Assembly (NCBI GenBank): GCA_963768415.1
Contig: CAVYHX010000033.1
Coordinates: 2,306-66,305 of the forward strand
Length of the DNA stretch: 64,000 bases
From: an uncultured Gammaproteobacteria bacterium
GTDB taxonomy: Bacteria > Pseudomonadota > Gammaproteobacteria > UBA9214
Reading direction: 5' to 3'
Shown: in pieces, positions 49,409 through 59,058 of the stretch
Layout: each line of letters starts with the position of its first letter
Position numbering within the stretch: position 1 is the stretch's first letter
Notes under the pieces: model-generated
Told to the model about the DNA's origin: nothing
The model's database searches: none
The model's input: only the letters and a program-made list of their open reading frames with translations
Program-made: the position numbers and the translations under genes

Positions 49409-49861
49409 ATGCGGAAAACGTTAACCGTTCTATTCGGAATCTGTCTGGCAGCAAGCCTTGGACAGGCACAGGCCGGCGAATTTTCAGTAGAGGAAGCCGT
49501 GCCAATGGCTTATCTGTCGATCCCGATCGATGGCAAGAATAAAAAACAACAAGCGGTCAACTACGGCTTTGGCCTGGCGCGCGCTGAATATCAGCGTGAG
49601 AGCGGCTTTAATTTCCTCAACACCGGGAAATCCCATATCGTCGACTTCGCCTTCAGTGGTGCCAAAATGAATGCACTCAAATTCAACGGCGTCAATACCT
49701 TGCAACAGACGCTCGTGCACAACGCCGACGGGACCACAGCCGCCGGCACCGCGGTCAACTGGAGCATCGTCGTCCCGGCAGTGGTCGGTGGTATCGTGAT
49801 TGTTGCTGCCGGTGAATCCGATGACAACTCGAGTCCTCCGCAGCGTATGGAAGAGTTCTAG
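49409..49861 (+). CDS. hypothetical exported protein with C-terminal hydrophobic segment
   Basis: Signal peptide MRKTLTVLFGICLAASLGQAQA and C-terminal WSIVVPAVVGGIVIVAAG. A promoter lies upstream and a terminator downstream. Confidence 0.55.
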   Translation: MRKTLTVLFGICLAASLGQAQAGEFSVEEAVPMAYLSIPIDGKNKKQQAVNYGFGLARAEYQRESGFNFLNTGKSHIVDFAFSGAKMNALKFNGVNTLQQTLVHNADGTTAAGTAVNWSIVVPAVVGGIVIVAAGESDDNSSPPQRMEEF

Positions 49862-49915
49862 TCGCCAGCCCTGCCTGGTAGCATCAGGTCGCTGGAGCTG
49901 CTGCCCGTCCGGAAA

Positions 49916-49941
49916 GGGGTCCATAAAGGACCCCTTTTTTT
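49916..49941 (+). terminator. rho-independent terminator
   Basis: ggggtcc ataaa ggacccc followed by seven T. Confidence 0.7.
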
Positions 49942-49971
49942 ACGCCGTTTTTTCCAGTTCACCTGCTACCG

Positions 49972-50685
49972 CTACCCGGCTCCCCGCTGTGCATCCGCCC
50001 CGAGGCACAGCCGGTCCACCGCATTGAAATCGCGCACCTGACGGTGTGCAGCTGCAGGGTCGAGGGCGCCGTCGCGCACCAGCCAGCAGGTTTGCATACC
50101 GGAACACCGGGCCGCATCCAGCTCCCGGTCGATATCTGACAGGAACAGGATGTCGCCGGCGGGCAGCCCGATTTCCCCAGCGATATCTGTATACGAGGTC
50201 GCTTCCACCTTGGCGCCGATACGCGTATCGAAAAACCCGGAAAACAGCGGGGTGAGATCACCGTAGGCGGTCGCGGCGAACAGCAATTGCTGCGCCTTGA
50301 CCGAGCCGGAAGAATACACGTACAGCCGGATACCCCGCGCCTGCCAGTCCACCAGCCGGTCCCGGGCATCCGCATAGATGTGTCCCTGGTAAGCGCCATT
50401 TCTGTACCCGGCTTCCCACACCATACCCTGCAGCGCCTTGAGTGGCGTGATTTTCCGGTCGGCATCGATCCAGGCAAGCAGTTGGGCAATGGACTCATCC
50501 AGGGTCAGCACCCTGCCCGTCTCTGCACTCACTGCTTCCAGCTGCTGTTTTACCAGCGGGTCTTCGCTGTGCCGGCGCAGGTATGCACCGATGTGCGCAC
50601 GCGCATAGGGAAACAGGGTGTCTTTTACAAATGACAGTGATGTGGTGGTGCCTTCGATATCGGTGACAATCGCCCTGACCATCAA
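49972..50685 (-). CDS. mtnC: enolase-phosphatase E1 (methionine salvage)
   Basis: HAD motif IVTDIEGTT, plus ALQGMVWEAGY and YVYSSGS. Overlaps mtnD by 4 nt. Confidence 0.85.
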   Translation of the reverse strand: MMVRAIVTDIEGTTTSLSFVKDTLFPYARAHIGAYLRRHSEDPLVKQQLEAVSAETGRVLTLDESIAQLLAWIDADRKITPLKALQGMVWEAGYRNGAYQGHIYADARDRLVDWQARGIRLYVYSSGSVKAQQLLFAATAYGDLTPLFSGFFDTRIGAKVEATSYTDIAGEIGLPAGDILFLSDIDRELDAARCSGMQTCWLVRDGALDPAAAHRQVRDFNAVDRLCLGADAQRGAG

Positions 50686-51239
50686 AGGCCCGCCCGGTAA
50701 GTGTCGAAATCCGGGAAGCGGGCCGCGATATCGCTGCCGGTAAAATTACCGATCCAGCCATCTTCGCTGGTAAACAGGCGGATGCATTTGAATGCCGGTG
50801 CAGCACCCATATCGAACCAGTGCGTGGTGTGCGCCGGCACAGTAATCAGGTCGCCCCGTTCGCACAGGACCAGGTACACACGGTCGTCGACATGCAGGTA
50901 AAACAGGCCTTTACCATCGACAAAAAAACGGATTTCGAAATCGTCATGGGTATGCTCGGCAAGAAACTTGCCGCGTAACGCCTCCTTCTCCGGATGATCC
51001 GGTGTTAGCGCCACGACGTCGACAGACTTGAAATTATAATGCCTGTTGAGTGCGTCGACATCGGCCCGGTATGCCGCCAGCACCTCATCCTGACCGGCCG
51101 CGGCATCCAGGGGCGCGCTTGCCTGCCAGCGCTCGAACTGCACACCGCACGCACCCAGCACCCGGGTGATTTCCGCCCCGTCAGTCAGTGTCTTGCCGAT
51201 AGTGGTACCGTCTTCATTGTAGATACTCAGTGCACTCAT
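50682..51239 (-). CDS. mtnD: acireductone dioxygenase
   Basis: ARD cupin motifs EHTHDDFEIRFFVDG and HWFDMG. Confidence 0.9.
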   Translation of the reverse strand: MSALSIYNEDGTTIGKTLTDGAEITRVLGACGVQFERWQASAPLDAAAGQDEVLAAYRADVDALNRHYNFKSVDVVALTPDHPEKEALRGKFLAEHTHDDFEIRFFVDGKGLFYLHVDDRVYLVLCERGDLITVPAHTTHWFDMGAAPAFKCIRLFTSEDGWIGNFTGSDIAARFPDFDTYRAGL

Positions 51240-51844
51240 GAATGTATCCTTTTCTCCATCAATTCACATTCAAACAAAAACTCGAATGCCTCGACATGGC
51301 GCAATGTCTCCGCAATGGTCTCGCCCCAGGTATAAAAACCGTGACCGCGTATCAGAAATCCATGGGCATTTTCGAGGCCATCCAGGGCAGCATCCACCCT
51401 GGCCGCGAGGCGTGTCATATCCTGGTCGTTATCCAGCACCGGCACACTTACCGTACATGCATGCGTATCAACCCCGGGGAAGGCCTTGAGCAGCTCATAG
51501 TCCTGCAGCAGCAGCGCATCTCCACACAGGCGTGACAGCACCGTCGCATGCGCCGAGTGCGGATGCAACACCATGTGCGCAGTCGGGTAACGCCGGTATA
51601 TCACTACATGCAACAGGGTCTCCGCCGAGGGCCGGCGGCTGTCCAGCGAACGGCCCGCGGCATCCACCTCCATGATGTCATCCTGTGTCAGCCGGCCCTT
51701 GTGGGCCCCGGAAACCGTGATCGCCAGGTTCCCGTTCGCCAGGCGTGCGGAAAAATTCCCGCTGGTAGCCGGGACCATACCTTTCCCGTACAGCAGGCGT
51801 CCGGCGTCGATCAGTGACGCGGCCTGGCGGTGAAATTCACTCAT
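51236..51844 (-). CDS. mtnB: methylthioribulose-1-phosphate dehydratase (class II aldolase fold)
   Basis: ATSGNFSAR, VLHPHS and IRGHGFYTWG motifs. First gene of the mtnB-D-C operon. Confidence 0.85.
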   Translation of the reverse strand: MSEFHRQAASLIDAGRLLYGKGMVPATSGNFSARLANGNLAITVSGAHKGRLTQDDIMEVDAAGRSLDSRRPSAETLLHVVIYRRYPTAHMVLHPHSAHATVLSRLCGDALLLQDYELLKAFPGVDTHACTVSVPVLDNDQDMTRLAARVDAALDGLENAHGFLIRGHGFYTWGETIAETLRHVEAFEFLFECELMEKRIHS

Positions 51845-52068
51845 GGGCAGGGATAATAATAATGAGAATGATCCTGTTACGGTTTATGGCAAAGCGGACG
51901 GGGCCTGACCCGGCCTTCGGCAGCCTGGATTAAAGGTGCCTGATAATAACCCTGGCATGACCCGCTCACAACAGTCCAGCGTACTGCGATTCACAGACAG
52001 GAAATATTCCACATGACATGAGCTGGCCATGGGGATTAAATTCGCGGTGTTGGGCCGCAGCTGCGAGG

Positions 52069-53217
52069 TCAATAGCCGCGCTCGATATCTACCACATTCA
52101 GCATCCGCTCGCCGTTGATATAACGGCGCAGGTTCTCACGCACCACCAGCCAGAAACGCTCCATCTGTGCATCCGAACCGGCGCTGATGTGCGGGGTGAT
52201 GACAATGTTCCGCGCAGCCCACAGGGGGTGTTCCGGGGGCAGAGGCTCCGGGTCCTGCACATCCAGGGCAGCGCCACCGAGGTGGCCCGCATTCAGGGCA
52301 GCAATGAGATCGGCCGTCACCACGCTCTTGCCGCGACCGACGTTGATGAAATAGGCAGCGGGCCGCATGGCACTGAAAAAAGCCGCATCGAAGAGCCCCG
52401 TCGTGGCCGGCGTGAGCGGTGTGGCATTGACCACTACATCGGCCTGCCGGGCAAGCTTGTGCAACTCATCGGGAAGCCCGACGTAATCCACGAATTCCGG
52501 TCCGGTGCGCGCGGAATTACGCGTGGCGATCACGCGCATCCCGAGGGCGTGCGCGCGGCGCGCGATCTCGGTGCCGATACCGCCAAGCCCCACCACCAGC
52601 AGCGTCCGTCCCTGCACCTCCCACATGGCGGACCGTTCGACCGCATCGCGGTCCCACCGGCGCTCGCGCTGCCGGTCGTGGAATACATGTAACTTGCGCG
52701 TCAGCATGTACATCAGGCCGATGGTGTGCTCGGCAATACCGGGGCCATAGATGCGTTGCATATTGGTCAGCAGAAATTCGCGCTCGTGGGCCAGTGGCGA
52801 GCTCATGCAGTTGTCCACGCCGGCTGAGTAATTGAGGATGTAGCGCAGCTCTCCACCCGCCTGCAGCACCTCGTGTGTGCAATAGCCAAGCAGCACATCC
52901 GCACCCTCGAGCAGCCCGGCGACCCCGGCGCGCGAGCTGGCCACGATGAGCTCGGCATCACCCGTCACTTCCCTGAGCCACTCGAGCGCATCCGGCCGGG
53001 ATTGCCGCTGGCGCTGATCCAGCAGCACGACAATCCGCCGGGGCTTGTGCCAGTAAGGCGCCTCACGAACAGGCCGGTCGCTTTCCCTCAGTTCCAGCGC
53101 CTGGATCAACGCAGTCGTCGCAGTGTCGGCACTTGCACCGGCAACGGCGCAACCAAGCAACAGCGCGGTCACCAGTACACTCATCACACGTATCATCACA
53201 GCACCTCCGCTCATCAC
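52069..53217 (-). CDS. D-isomer-specific 2-hydroxyacid dehydrogenase family protein with lipoprotein-like N-terminus
   Basis: NAD motif GLGGIGTEIARRA and catalytic region TPHISA. The N-terminus is MIRVMSVLVTALLLGCAVAGASA (lipobox-like LLGC). Confidence 0.8.
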   Translation of the reverse strand: MMSGGAVMIRVMSVLVTALLLGCAVAGASADTATTALIQALELRESDRPVREAPYWHKPRRIVVLLDQRQRQSRPDALEWLREVTGDAELIVASSRAGVAGLLEGADVLLGYCTHEVLQAGGELRYILNYSAGVDNCMSSPLAHEREFLLTNMQRIYGPGIAEHTIGLMYMLTRKLHVFHDRQRERRWDRDAVERSAMWEVQGRTLLVVGLGGIGTEIARRAHALGMRVIATRNSARTGPEFVDYVGLPDELHKLARQADVVVNATPLTPATTGLFDAAFFSAMRPAAYFINVGRGKSVVTADLIAALNAGHLGGAALDVQDPEPLPPEHPLWAARNIVITPHISAGSDAQMERFWLVVRENLRRYINGERMLNVVDIERGY

Positions 53218-53368
53218 AGCACCTCCGCCCGGGGATTCCCATCCCGCCCCGGCCAGATCAGGGAGCGTGGATAGAAATCAGCCTTCGGCAGGAATTTCAC
53301 CGGAAATTCATAAAAAATTCATCTTAGGGTAATAGCCCCCCCGGTTGCCAGCGTATACACTCCAGAGC

Positions 53369-54316
53369 ATGAATCGCAACCTCAAGGATGCCATCAACAA
53401 ACAGCGCCGGGCGCTGTTTGACCTGCTCTCCGGGCCGCTGGCGCAGCTCGCGGACCAGTGCGCGTCCGTGTGGGGTCAGCGCGAGGGCCTCGCCATAGTG
53501 CTGAACGATCACTTCGGGAAGGTGCCGCACTGCCTGTTCCTGTACGCGCTGGACACCAATGGCATTCAGATCAGCGATAACGTCAGCAAGGGCGGACTGC
53601 TGCCGGAGCACTTCGGACGCGACCGCTCGCAGCGCCCGTACATGCGCGAGGCCGTGCCCGCGCGCGACTTTCTGCTGTCCGGCGCCTATCTCAGCCAGCG
53701 GAGCAACCGCCCGTCACTGACCGCCCTGCAAGTGGTGCGCCGCGATGGCGAGATGCTCGGCTTCCTGGGGGCCGACTTCGACCTGCGTGATCTGCCGGTA
53801 ACCGCGGAGCTCTATGACGAGACCGGCGAATGGCGCCAGATCAAGGGCGACCCTGCCATTCGCGGCACCGTCTTCCAGCAACACCGGGTCGAAAGCCTGA
53901 TGGATCTGAACATGGACCCGGCCATCGCCATCCTCGAGGAACTGCTGACCGACCGCGGCATGTTCCAGGGTGTGTTCCACTTCTCCAGCAGCCGCGCCAC
54001 CGTCTGGTTCGTGAGCGATCCGTTCCGCTATCGCATCCTCGACCACGAGGCGCTGAGTGATCCGGACATCTGCATGCTCTACCCGTGCCGCCCCTATCCC
54101 GACAATGCCCTCATCCCGCAGGCGCGGATCCTGGACATCCTGAACGGCATGCGCAGCCTGCGCACCGCGGACGATACGCTGTACCTGCGTTCGTCCTCGA
54201 TCAATATCTTCAACGGCATGATCAGCCTGACCTTTTCCTGCGATGGCACGCACTACATGTCCTGGCAGGAGTTCATCGACAAGGACATGACCTTCTGGCT
54301 GGGCAGCGCGGCATAA
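53369..54316 (+). CDS. hypothetical cytoplasmic protein, possibly PDC/Cache-like sensor fold
   Basis: ATG at 53369 (the ORF track starts at a TTG at 53345). I recognise no motif. The block LYALDTNGIQISDNV...GAYLSQRSNRPSLTALQVV resembles Cache/PDC sensors by eye only. Confidence 0.5.
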   Translation: MNRNLKDAINKQRRALFDLLSGPLAQLADQCASVWGQREGLAIVLNDHFGKVPHCLFLYALDTNGIQISDNVSKGGLLPEHFGRDRSQRPYMREAVPARDFLLSGAYLSQRSNRPSLTALQVVRRDGEMLGFLGADFDLRDLPVTAELYDETGEWRQIKGDPAIRGTVFQQHRVESLMDLNMDPAIAILEELLTDRGMFQGVFHFSSSRATVWFVSDPFRYRILDHEALSDPDICMLYPCRPYPDNALIPQARILDILNGMRSLRTADDTLYLRSSSINIFNGMISLTFSCDGTHYMSWQEFIDKDMTFWLGSAA

Positions 54317-54459
54317 ATTCAACCGGCAGCCGCGCAGCGCCGCGCCGGACGGTATATATAACTTATTGATTAAAATAATACTTATTTCATCACCAGCCGC
54401 CGGGAACCTGCACCGGCGGCAATGGTCGCAATAACAACAGCCCAACCGCGGACCAGACC

Positions 54460-55113
54460 ATGGCACAGACACCGTTCATGCCGGCCTTCGAGCACCTTCC
54501 GAAGACCTTGCCCATCTTTCCCCTGGAAGGTGCCGTGGTGATGCCGGGCGCCGATCTGCCGCTGAATATCTTCGAACCCCGTTACCTCAACCTGGTGGCC
54601 GATGCCATGGCCAGCCACCGTATGTTCGGCATGATGCAGCCCGACCCGTCAAAAACGGCACAACCGGAAGCCGTGTTTCAGACCGGATGCGCCGGGCGCA
54701 TCACTCGCTACCAGGAAACCCGTGACGGGCGCATCGAACTGGATCTTACCGGGATCTGCCGGTTTCGCATTCGCGAGGAACTGGCGAGTATGCGCGGCTA
54801 CCGGCTGGTGGTTCCTGACTGGGAACCGTTCCGGATCGATTACGCGGAACAGCAACAGCGGATTCAGCACCGGGAACGGCTGTTCGGCCTGCTGAAGACC
54901 TATTTTCTGTCCCGCCAGTTCAAGACCGACTGGGACAGCCTGACATCCATCCCCCCGGAACACCTGGTAAATGCACTCACCACGGCACTCCCGCTCGGTA
55001 ACCTGGAAAAACAGGCATTACTCGAGGCCGTCTCCCCCCAGGACCGCGTCGACACCCTGATCGCCGCGCTCGAAATGCAGACAAACGAACCCCATAGCGC
55101 ACCTCGTCACTAA
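54460..55113 (+). CDS. LON substrate-binding (N-terminal) domain protein
   Basis: LPIFPLEGAVVMPGADLPLNIFEPRYLNLV is typical of the stand-alone Lon N-domain family. Confidence 0.8.
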   Translation: MAQTPFMPAFEHLPKTLPIFPLEGAVVMPGADLPLNIFEPRYLNLVADAMASHRMFGMMQPDPSKTAQPEAVFQTGCAGRITRYQETRDGRIELDLTGICRFRIREELASMRGYRLVVPDWEPFRIDYAEQQQRIQHRERLFGLLKTYFLSRQFKTDWDSLTSIPPEHLVNALTTALPLGNLEKQALLEAVSPQDRVDTLIAALEMQTNEPHSAPRH

Positions 55114-55164
55114 ACGGAGTCAGTCTCGATTTATTCTCGAGGTTGAACCCGTTTTTTCCGGTTA

Positions 55165-56448
55165 CTAAAGGATAAATACGACGCCGATCGCCGTCGCGAG
55201 GGTCGCCAGCAATCCGGGCATGATGACCTTGCGCAATGCCATCGAACCCATGCCAAGTACGATACCGCCCTTCACCAGGGTATTCGCGACCGCTGCCAGT
55301 ACAATACCGCGTGCTGCAGTGTGCAGATCGAGGTCCTGGTTATCACGACTGAGCTCAGCCAGCGACAGCGTAATCGCATCGACATCGGCCAGGCCGGAGG
55401 CAATACTGGACAGATAGATCCCCGTGTTGCCCAGATACAAGCGCGCGGCGTTTGCAACCAGAAGAATCACCGCATAGATCAGGCCAAAGGTGAGTGCCGG
55501 CCCAAGCTCGAACGGATTTTTGAACTTGTCGTGCTCTTCCTGTTTCCCAAGGGTTTGAGCACGGTAGAGATATATGCAATATACAGTACTGACAGCGAGG
55601 GCGGCCGTTAACGGCATCCACACGACCCGTAACAGCGGCAGATTAATGACCGCCACCTCCACCATCACGCGCACGAACATGACGCTCCACGCCAGCAGAA
55701 TCGCCATCGCGAACGGCCGCTCCAGCCCGGTAATGCCACGGCTGCGCTGGGCAAAACTGAGTGTGACCGCCGTGCTCGAGGCCAACCCACCCAGCAGTCC
55801 CGTCAGGCCGACCCCGCGCCGCGCGCCGACAAGCTTGATCAGCAGGTAACCAAAAAAACTGATACCCGAGATGAAGACGACCATCAGCCAGATCTTGTAC
55901 GGGACCAACACGTCGAATGGCGGCGGGCCGTAACTGCGCGATGGCAGCAAGGGCAGGATGATGAGCGTAATCACGGCAAAGGCCAGCGTTGCATAGACAT
56001 CCGCTTGCGTGATGTTGCGTGCGAGCATCCGCGTTTGGAGTTTGAGAGCCAGGATGACGGTCATGGTCACAGCAAGTGCTGCAGCAATGGCCAGTTCACC
56101 CCGGAAACATATCGCCCCTGCCAGCACCGTGATCACTGCTGCCACTTCAGACGTCAATCCGATGCTGCCCTTGCGGGCACTTGCCAGATAGGAAATGATG
56201 ATCAGCCCGCCGCAGACTGCAATGATCGCGACGAATACCATTACTGATGCCATGCGTTCGGCCAGGAAGGCTGCCGTGCAGCCCAGCAGGCCCAGCAGGG
56301 CGAAGGTGCGCGCGCCACCGAAGATTTTTTCTTCCTGCGCTTGCTGAAAATGCGCGTATTCACGCTGCAACCCGACCAGCAGACCGATCAGCAGCGCCGT
56401 TCCGAAGCGGTAGAAAAGATCGATTTTGATTACCTCAGCATCCATCAC
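55165..56448 (-). CDS. MgtC/SapB family membrane protein with DUF4010 extension
   Basis: Intact 427-aa polytopic ORF. LLIGLLVGLQRE...GARTFALLGLLG at the N-terminus and LLGGLASSTAVTLSF in the second half. Confidence 0.75.
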   Translation of the reverse strand: MMDAEVIKIDLFYRFGTALLIGLLVGLQREYAHFQQAQEEKIFGGARTFALLGLLGCTAAFLAERMASVMVFVAIIAVCGGLIIISYLASARKGSIGLTSEVAAVITVLAGAICFRGELAIAAALAVTMTVILALKLQTRMLARNITQADVYATLAFAVITLIILPLLPSRSYGPPPFDVLVPYKIWLMVVFISGISFFGYLLIKLVGARRGVGLTGLLGGLASSTAVTLSFAQRSRGITGLERPFAMAILLAWSVMFVRVMVEVAVINLPLLRVVWMPLTAALAVSTVYCIYLYRAQTLGKQEEHDKFKNPFELGPALTFGLIYAVILLVANAARLYLGNTGIYLSSIASGLADVDAITLSLAELSRDNQDLDLHTAARGIVLAAVANTLVKGGIVLGMGSMALRKVIMPGLLATLATAIGVVFIL

Positions 56449-56663
56449 GCGCGGCTCTTCCAGTAGTCAGGGTATCGGCATTCGATCGACTGCTGACGAT
56501 ATCTGCCGGTCCGGCACCCCGGCTTTTATTTCACGGCAGCGACCGCCAGGACATAAGGTACTTGTACGTTCGCCACGATTGCAAGCGGATGTCGGGGCAT
56601 GGTTGCTGATATTCATACACTGCGTTCTCGAGCCGATCAAACCGGACTGCCTGTCGGCAGACG

Positions 56664-57632
56664 TCAGATCCGGTTGCGCAGCATCAGTTCACGCGGATGC
56701 GGGTTGATATAGTACTGCGCGGCCAGATAGTCATCCGGATGACAGCGCAGGTGATGCTGGATGAGTGTCATCGGAACGATCAGCGGCACCTGCTCACGGC
56801 GGTAAGCCTCGATCAGATCGAGCAGTTCCGCCTTGTCATCCCCGTCCAGATGATCCTTGAAAAAACCCATAATATGCATCAGCACGTTGGTATGCTGTTT
56901 TGGCGTGGCGATTTTACGCAGTGCCCGCATCAGCAGGCGGATGTACTCGCCGGCGACCGTATCGATGTCACGTTTCCCGGCACCGGCGACCAGGCGTCCA
57001 AGCTCGCGATAGGCCGGTTCGTCGTGGGCCAGCACGCTGAACTTGTGCCGGGTATGAAAGTCCACCAGCGCTGCAGCTGTCATGCCATGCGCGCAATAGC
57101 AATGCCAGCGATGATATATGAACACACGCTCGACAAAGTTCTCGCGCAGCCGCGCATCCATAAGGCGGCCCTCCTCCTCGACCGGCAATTCCGGCAGCGC
57201 CTGCATAATGGTGTGCGCATACAGGCCGGACGCACTGCCCACCGGGTGGCCGGTTTCGGCATCGTAGACCTTGACGCGTTCCATACCGCAACTGGGCGAA
57301 CCTTTTTTAAACAGATAACCGCTCACATCACCCAGCGCAGGTGCTACTGTGCGGCCATATTCCGCCAGGGCATCGGTGACATCCTGCGCAGGGTCCCTGA
57401 CCCCGCGCACCCGGATCGATCCGTCCGCATTCACCAGTCGGACAGGTGGCCGCGGGATACCCAGGCCAATTGCCACTTCGGGACAAAAGGGGACGAATTC
57501 GAAATATTCTCCAAGCGTCTGCGTGATGTAGGCGCTGTGCTTGTGACCGGAATCGAAACGCACTTGATTGCCCAGCAGGCAACTACTGATCCCGATCCGC
57601 AACGGCAATGAAGGAAGCGCAGTGAAGTCCAT
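56664..57632 (-). CDS. DUF523 + DUF1722 (YbgA-like) fusion protein
   Basis: IGISSCLLGNQVRFDSGHK (DUF523), then the C-terminal helical half HTRHKFSVLAHD...HTNVLMHIMGFFK. Confidence 0.8.
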   Translation of the reverse strand: MDFTALPSLPLRIGISSCLLGNQVRFDSGHKHSAYITQTLGEYFEFVPFCPEVAIGLGIPRPPVRLVNADGSIRVRGVRDPAQDVTDALAEYGRTVAPALGDVSGYLFKKGSPSCGMERVKVYDAETGHPVGSASGLYAHTIMQALPELPVEEEGRLMDARLRENFVERVFIYHRWHCYCAHGMTAAALVDFHTRHKFSVLAHDEPAYRELGRLVAGAGKRDIDTVAGEYIRLLMRALRKIATPKQHTNVLMHIMGFFKDHLDGDDKAELLDLIEAYRREQVPLIVPMTLIQHHLRCHPDDYLAAQYYINPHPRELMLRNRI

Positions 57633-57691
57633 AACCCGCTATTCTAGCCGCTAAGCCGAACAAAATGGGGGCATTCCGGATTTTAAGAAAT

Positions 57692-57730
57692 ATGGGGACA
57701 TTCCAGATTAAAAATCCGGAATGTCCCCAT
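57692..57730 (-). terminator. hairpin terminator (family G hairpin)
   Basis: atggggacattccagat / atccggaatgtccccat, 15 nt downstream of the mlaC-like stop. An extra partial arm lies at 57662-57684. Confidence 0.5.
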
Positions 57731-57744
57731 TATTATGCGCCAGG

Positions 57745-58332
57745 TTACTGATTACGGGCGGCAAGGTGTTCGATGAAACCATCCATCCCCCGGGAGCTTA
57801 TCTCGCGGCCGAAGCTGGAACGGTGAGTGATCGCCAGACTGATGCCTTCAATCGTGACGTCATAGATCTTCCAGCCGGCAGGCGTATTGAATACGCTGTA
57901 GTCAACCGTAAGCGGACTGCCCCCGGGCTGCTGTACCAGGGTGCGCACCGTTGCGCTTTTCCCTTCTGCAGTCGTGGTGAGCAGGCGATGCTCGATCGCC
58001 TGTCCGTTGTAATTCGTCAGGGAATTCGAATAGGTGCGAATCAACAGCCGCCGGTATTCATCCGTGAAGCGCTGCCGTTGCGCAGTGCTTGCCCTGCGCC
58101 AGTGCTTGCCAAGCGTCAATCGGGACAGCAGGGTAAAATCGACATTGGGTACAATGCTCTCATTGACCAGCATTCGCAGCTGCCCTGGATCCGCCGCAAT
58201 CTCCGGCTCCTCCGTGAACCGCACCATAATCTGCTCGGTTGTACCGCGGATCACATCCAGCGGATCGTCACCGCGCGCGTCGGCCACACCCGGGATATAC
58301 AACAATAAAATGATGATTCTAATCAGTTTCAT
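57745..58332 (-). CDS. mlaC: MlaC/Ttg2D-like phospholipid-binding periplasmic protein
   Basis: Signal peptide MKLIRIIILLLYIPGVADA. IVPNVDFTLLSRLTLGKHWRRASTAQRQRFTDEYRRLLIRTYS is typical of the family. Confidence 0.75.
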   Translation of the reverse strand: MKLIRIIILLLYIPGVADARGDDPLDVIRGTTEQIMVRFTEEPEIAADPGQLRMLVNESIVPNVDFTLLSRLTLGKHWRRASTAQRQRFTDEYRRLLIRTYSNSLTNYNGQAIEHRLLTTTAEGKSATVRTLVQQPGGSPLTVDYSVFNTPAGWKIYDVTIEGISLAITHRSSFGREISSRGMDGFIEHLAARNQ

Positions 58333-58437
58333 ACCGTTGCCCCCCAGGTACATAACGGCACGCAACCCTGATCATTTAATCACGGGGTCAGTGACAAATG
58401 ATTCTGATTATCATTTGCCTGAATATGACTGCCCCGA

Positions 58438-58947
58438 TCAATCCTGCCGGCCACGCACGTGCCGGATTGCGTCGAAGCCAGGGCCCTCGAATCGGAATGC
58501 CTGGCCCATACCGCGCACATAACCACCGGATACGGGTGTCAGCCGGAATAACCGGAAATCGGACAAGCCGCGCAGCGTATCGATGAACTTGCCGAACTGT
58601 TGCGTGAACCGTGCCAGCTGGACTTCCCAATCCGGATCATCGCGCGCAATGCATGTCGCCGTGCAGCTACAGGTGAGCCGCCGGCGTGCAAACAGATTAC
58701 GCGCTGCACCCTCCGCCTCGATGAACAGCAGGCTCACCTGACCGGTATCCTGAAGATCGCGGGTATGGCGCGCCAGGCCACTGATGAATACATAATAGTT
58801 CCCGCTCGCGTCGACCACATAGGGCGTATAACTGGCTTCCGGCACTCCGTCCCGACTCACCGTCGCCAACTGTACCGTGCGCAGACCTGCACGGAAGGCG
58901 TGGATCTCCCGGCGCAGCATGTCATCCGAGTCTGTTTGTTCAACCAT
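58438..58947 (-). CDS. pyridoxamine 5'-phosphate oxidase-like FMN-binding split-barrel protein (HugZ/HutZ-like)
   Basis: 169-aa ORF. LATVSRDGVPEASYTPYV...VSLLFIE...R.RL pattern. Confidence 0.65.
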   Translation of the reverse strand: MVEQTDSDDMLRREIHAFRAGLRTVQLATVSRDGVPEASYTPYVVDASGNYYVFISGLARHTRDLQDTGQVSLLFIEAEGAARNLFARRRLTCSCTATCIARDDPDWEVQLARFTQQFGKFIDTLRGLSDFRLFRLTPVSGGYVRGMGQAFRFEGPGFDAIRHVRGRQD

Positions 58948-59058
58948 GTTGCAAGATTATTGATGCGCGGTTCACTGACCCGGGCAGGCCAGGTAAATGG
59001 AGCCGGCAGCCGGGATTATAAAATGACCTATACCACTCGCGTTCCTGCCTGTTACCAG

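Noticed and set aside
51845-52068. A possible SAM/SAH-type riboswitch in the 224-bp leader of the mtnBDC operon.
   Set aside because: I could not find the conserved cores of the SAM-I, SAM-II or SAH riboswitches by eye. A covariance-model scan (Rfam/Infernal) would be needed, so I make no call.
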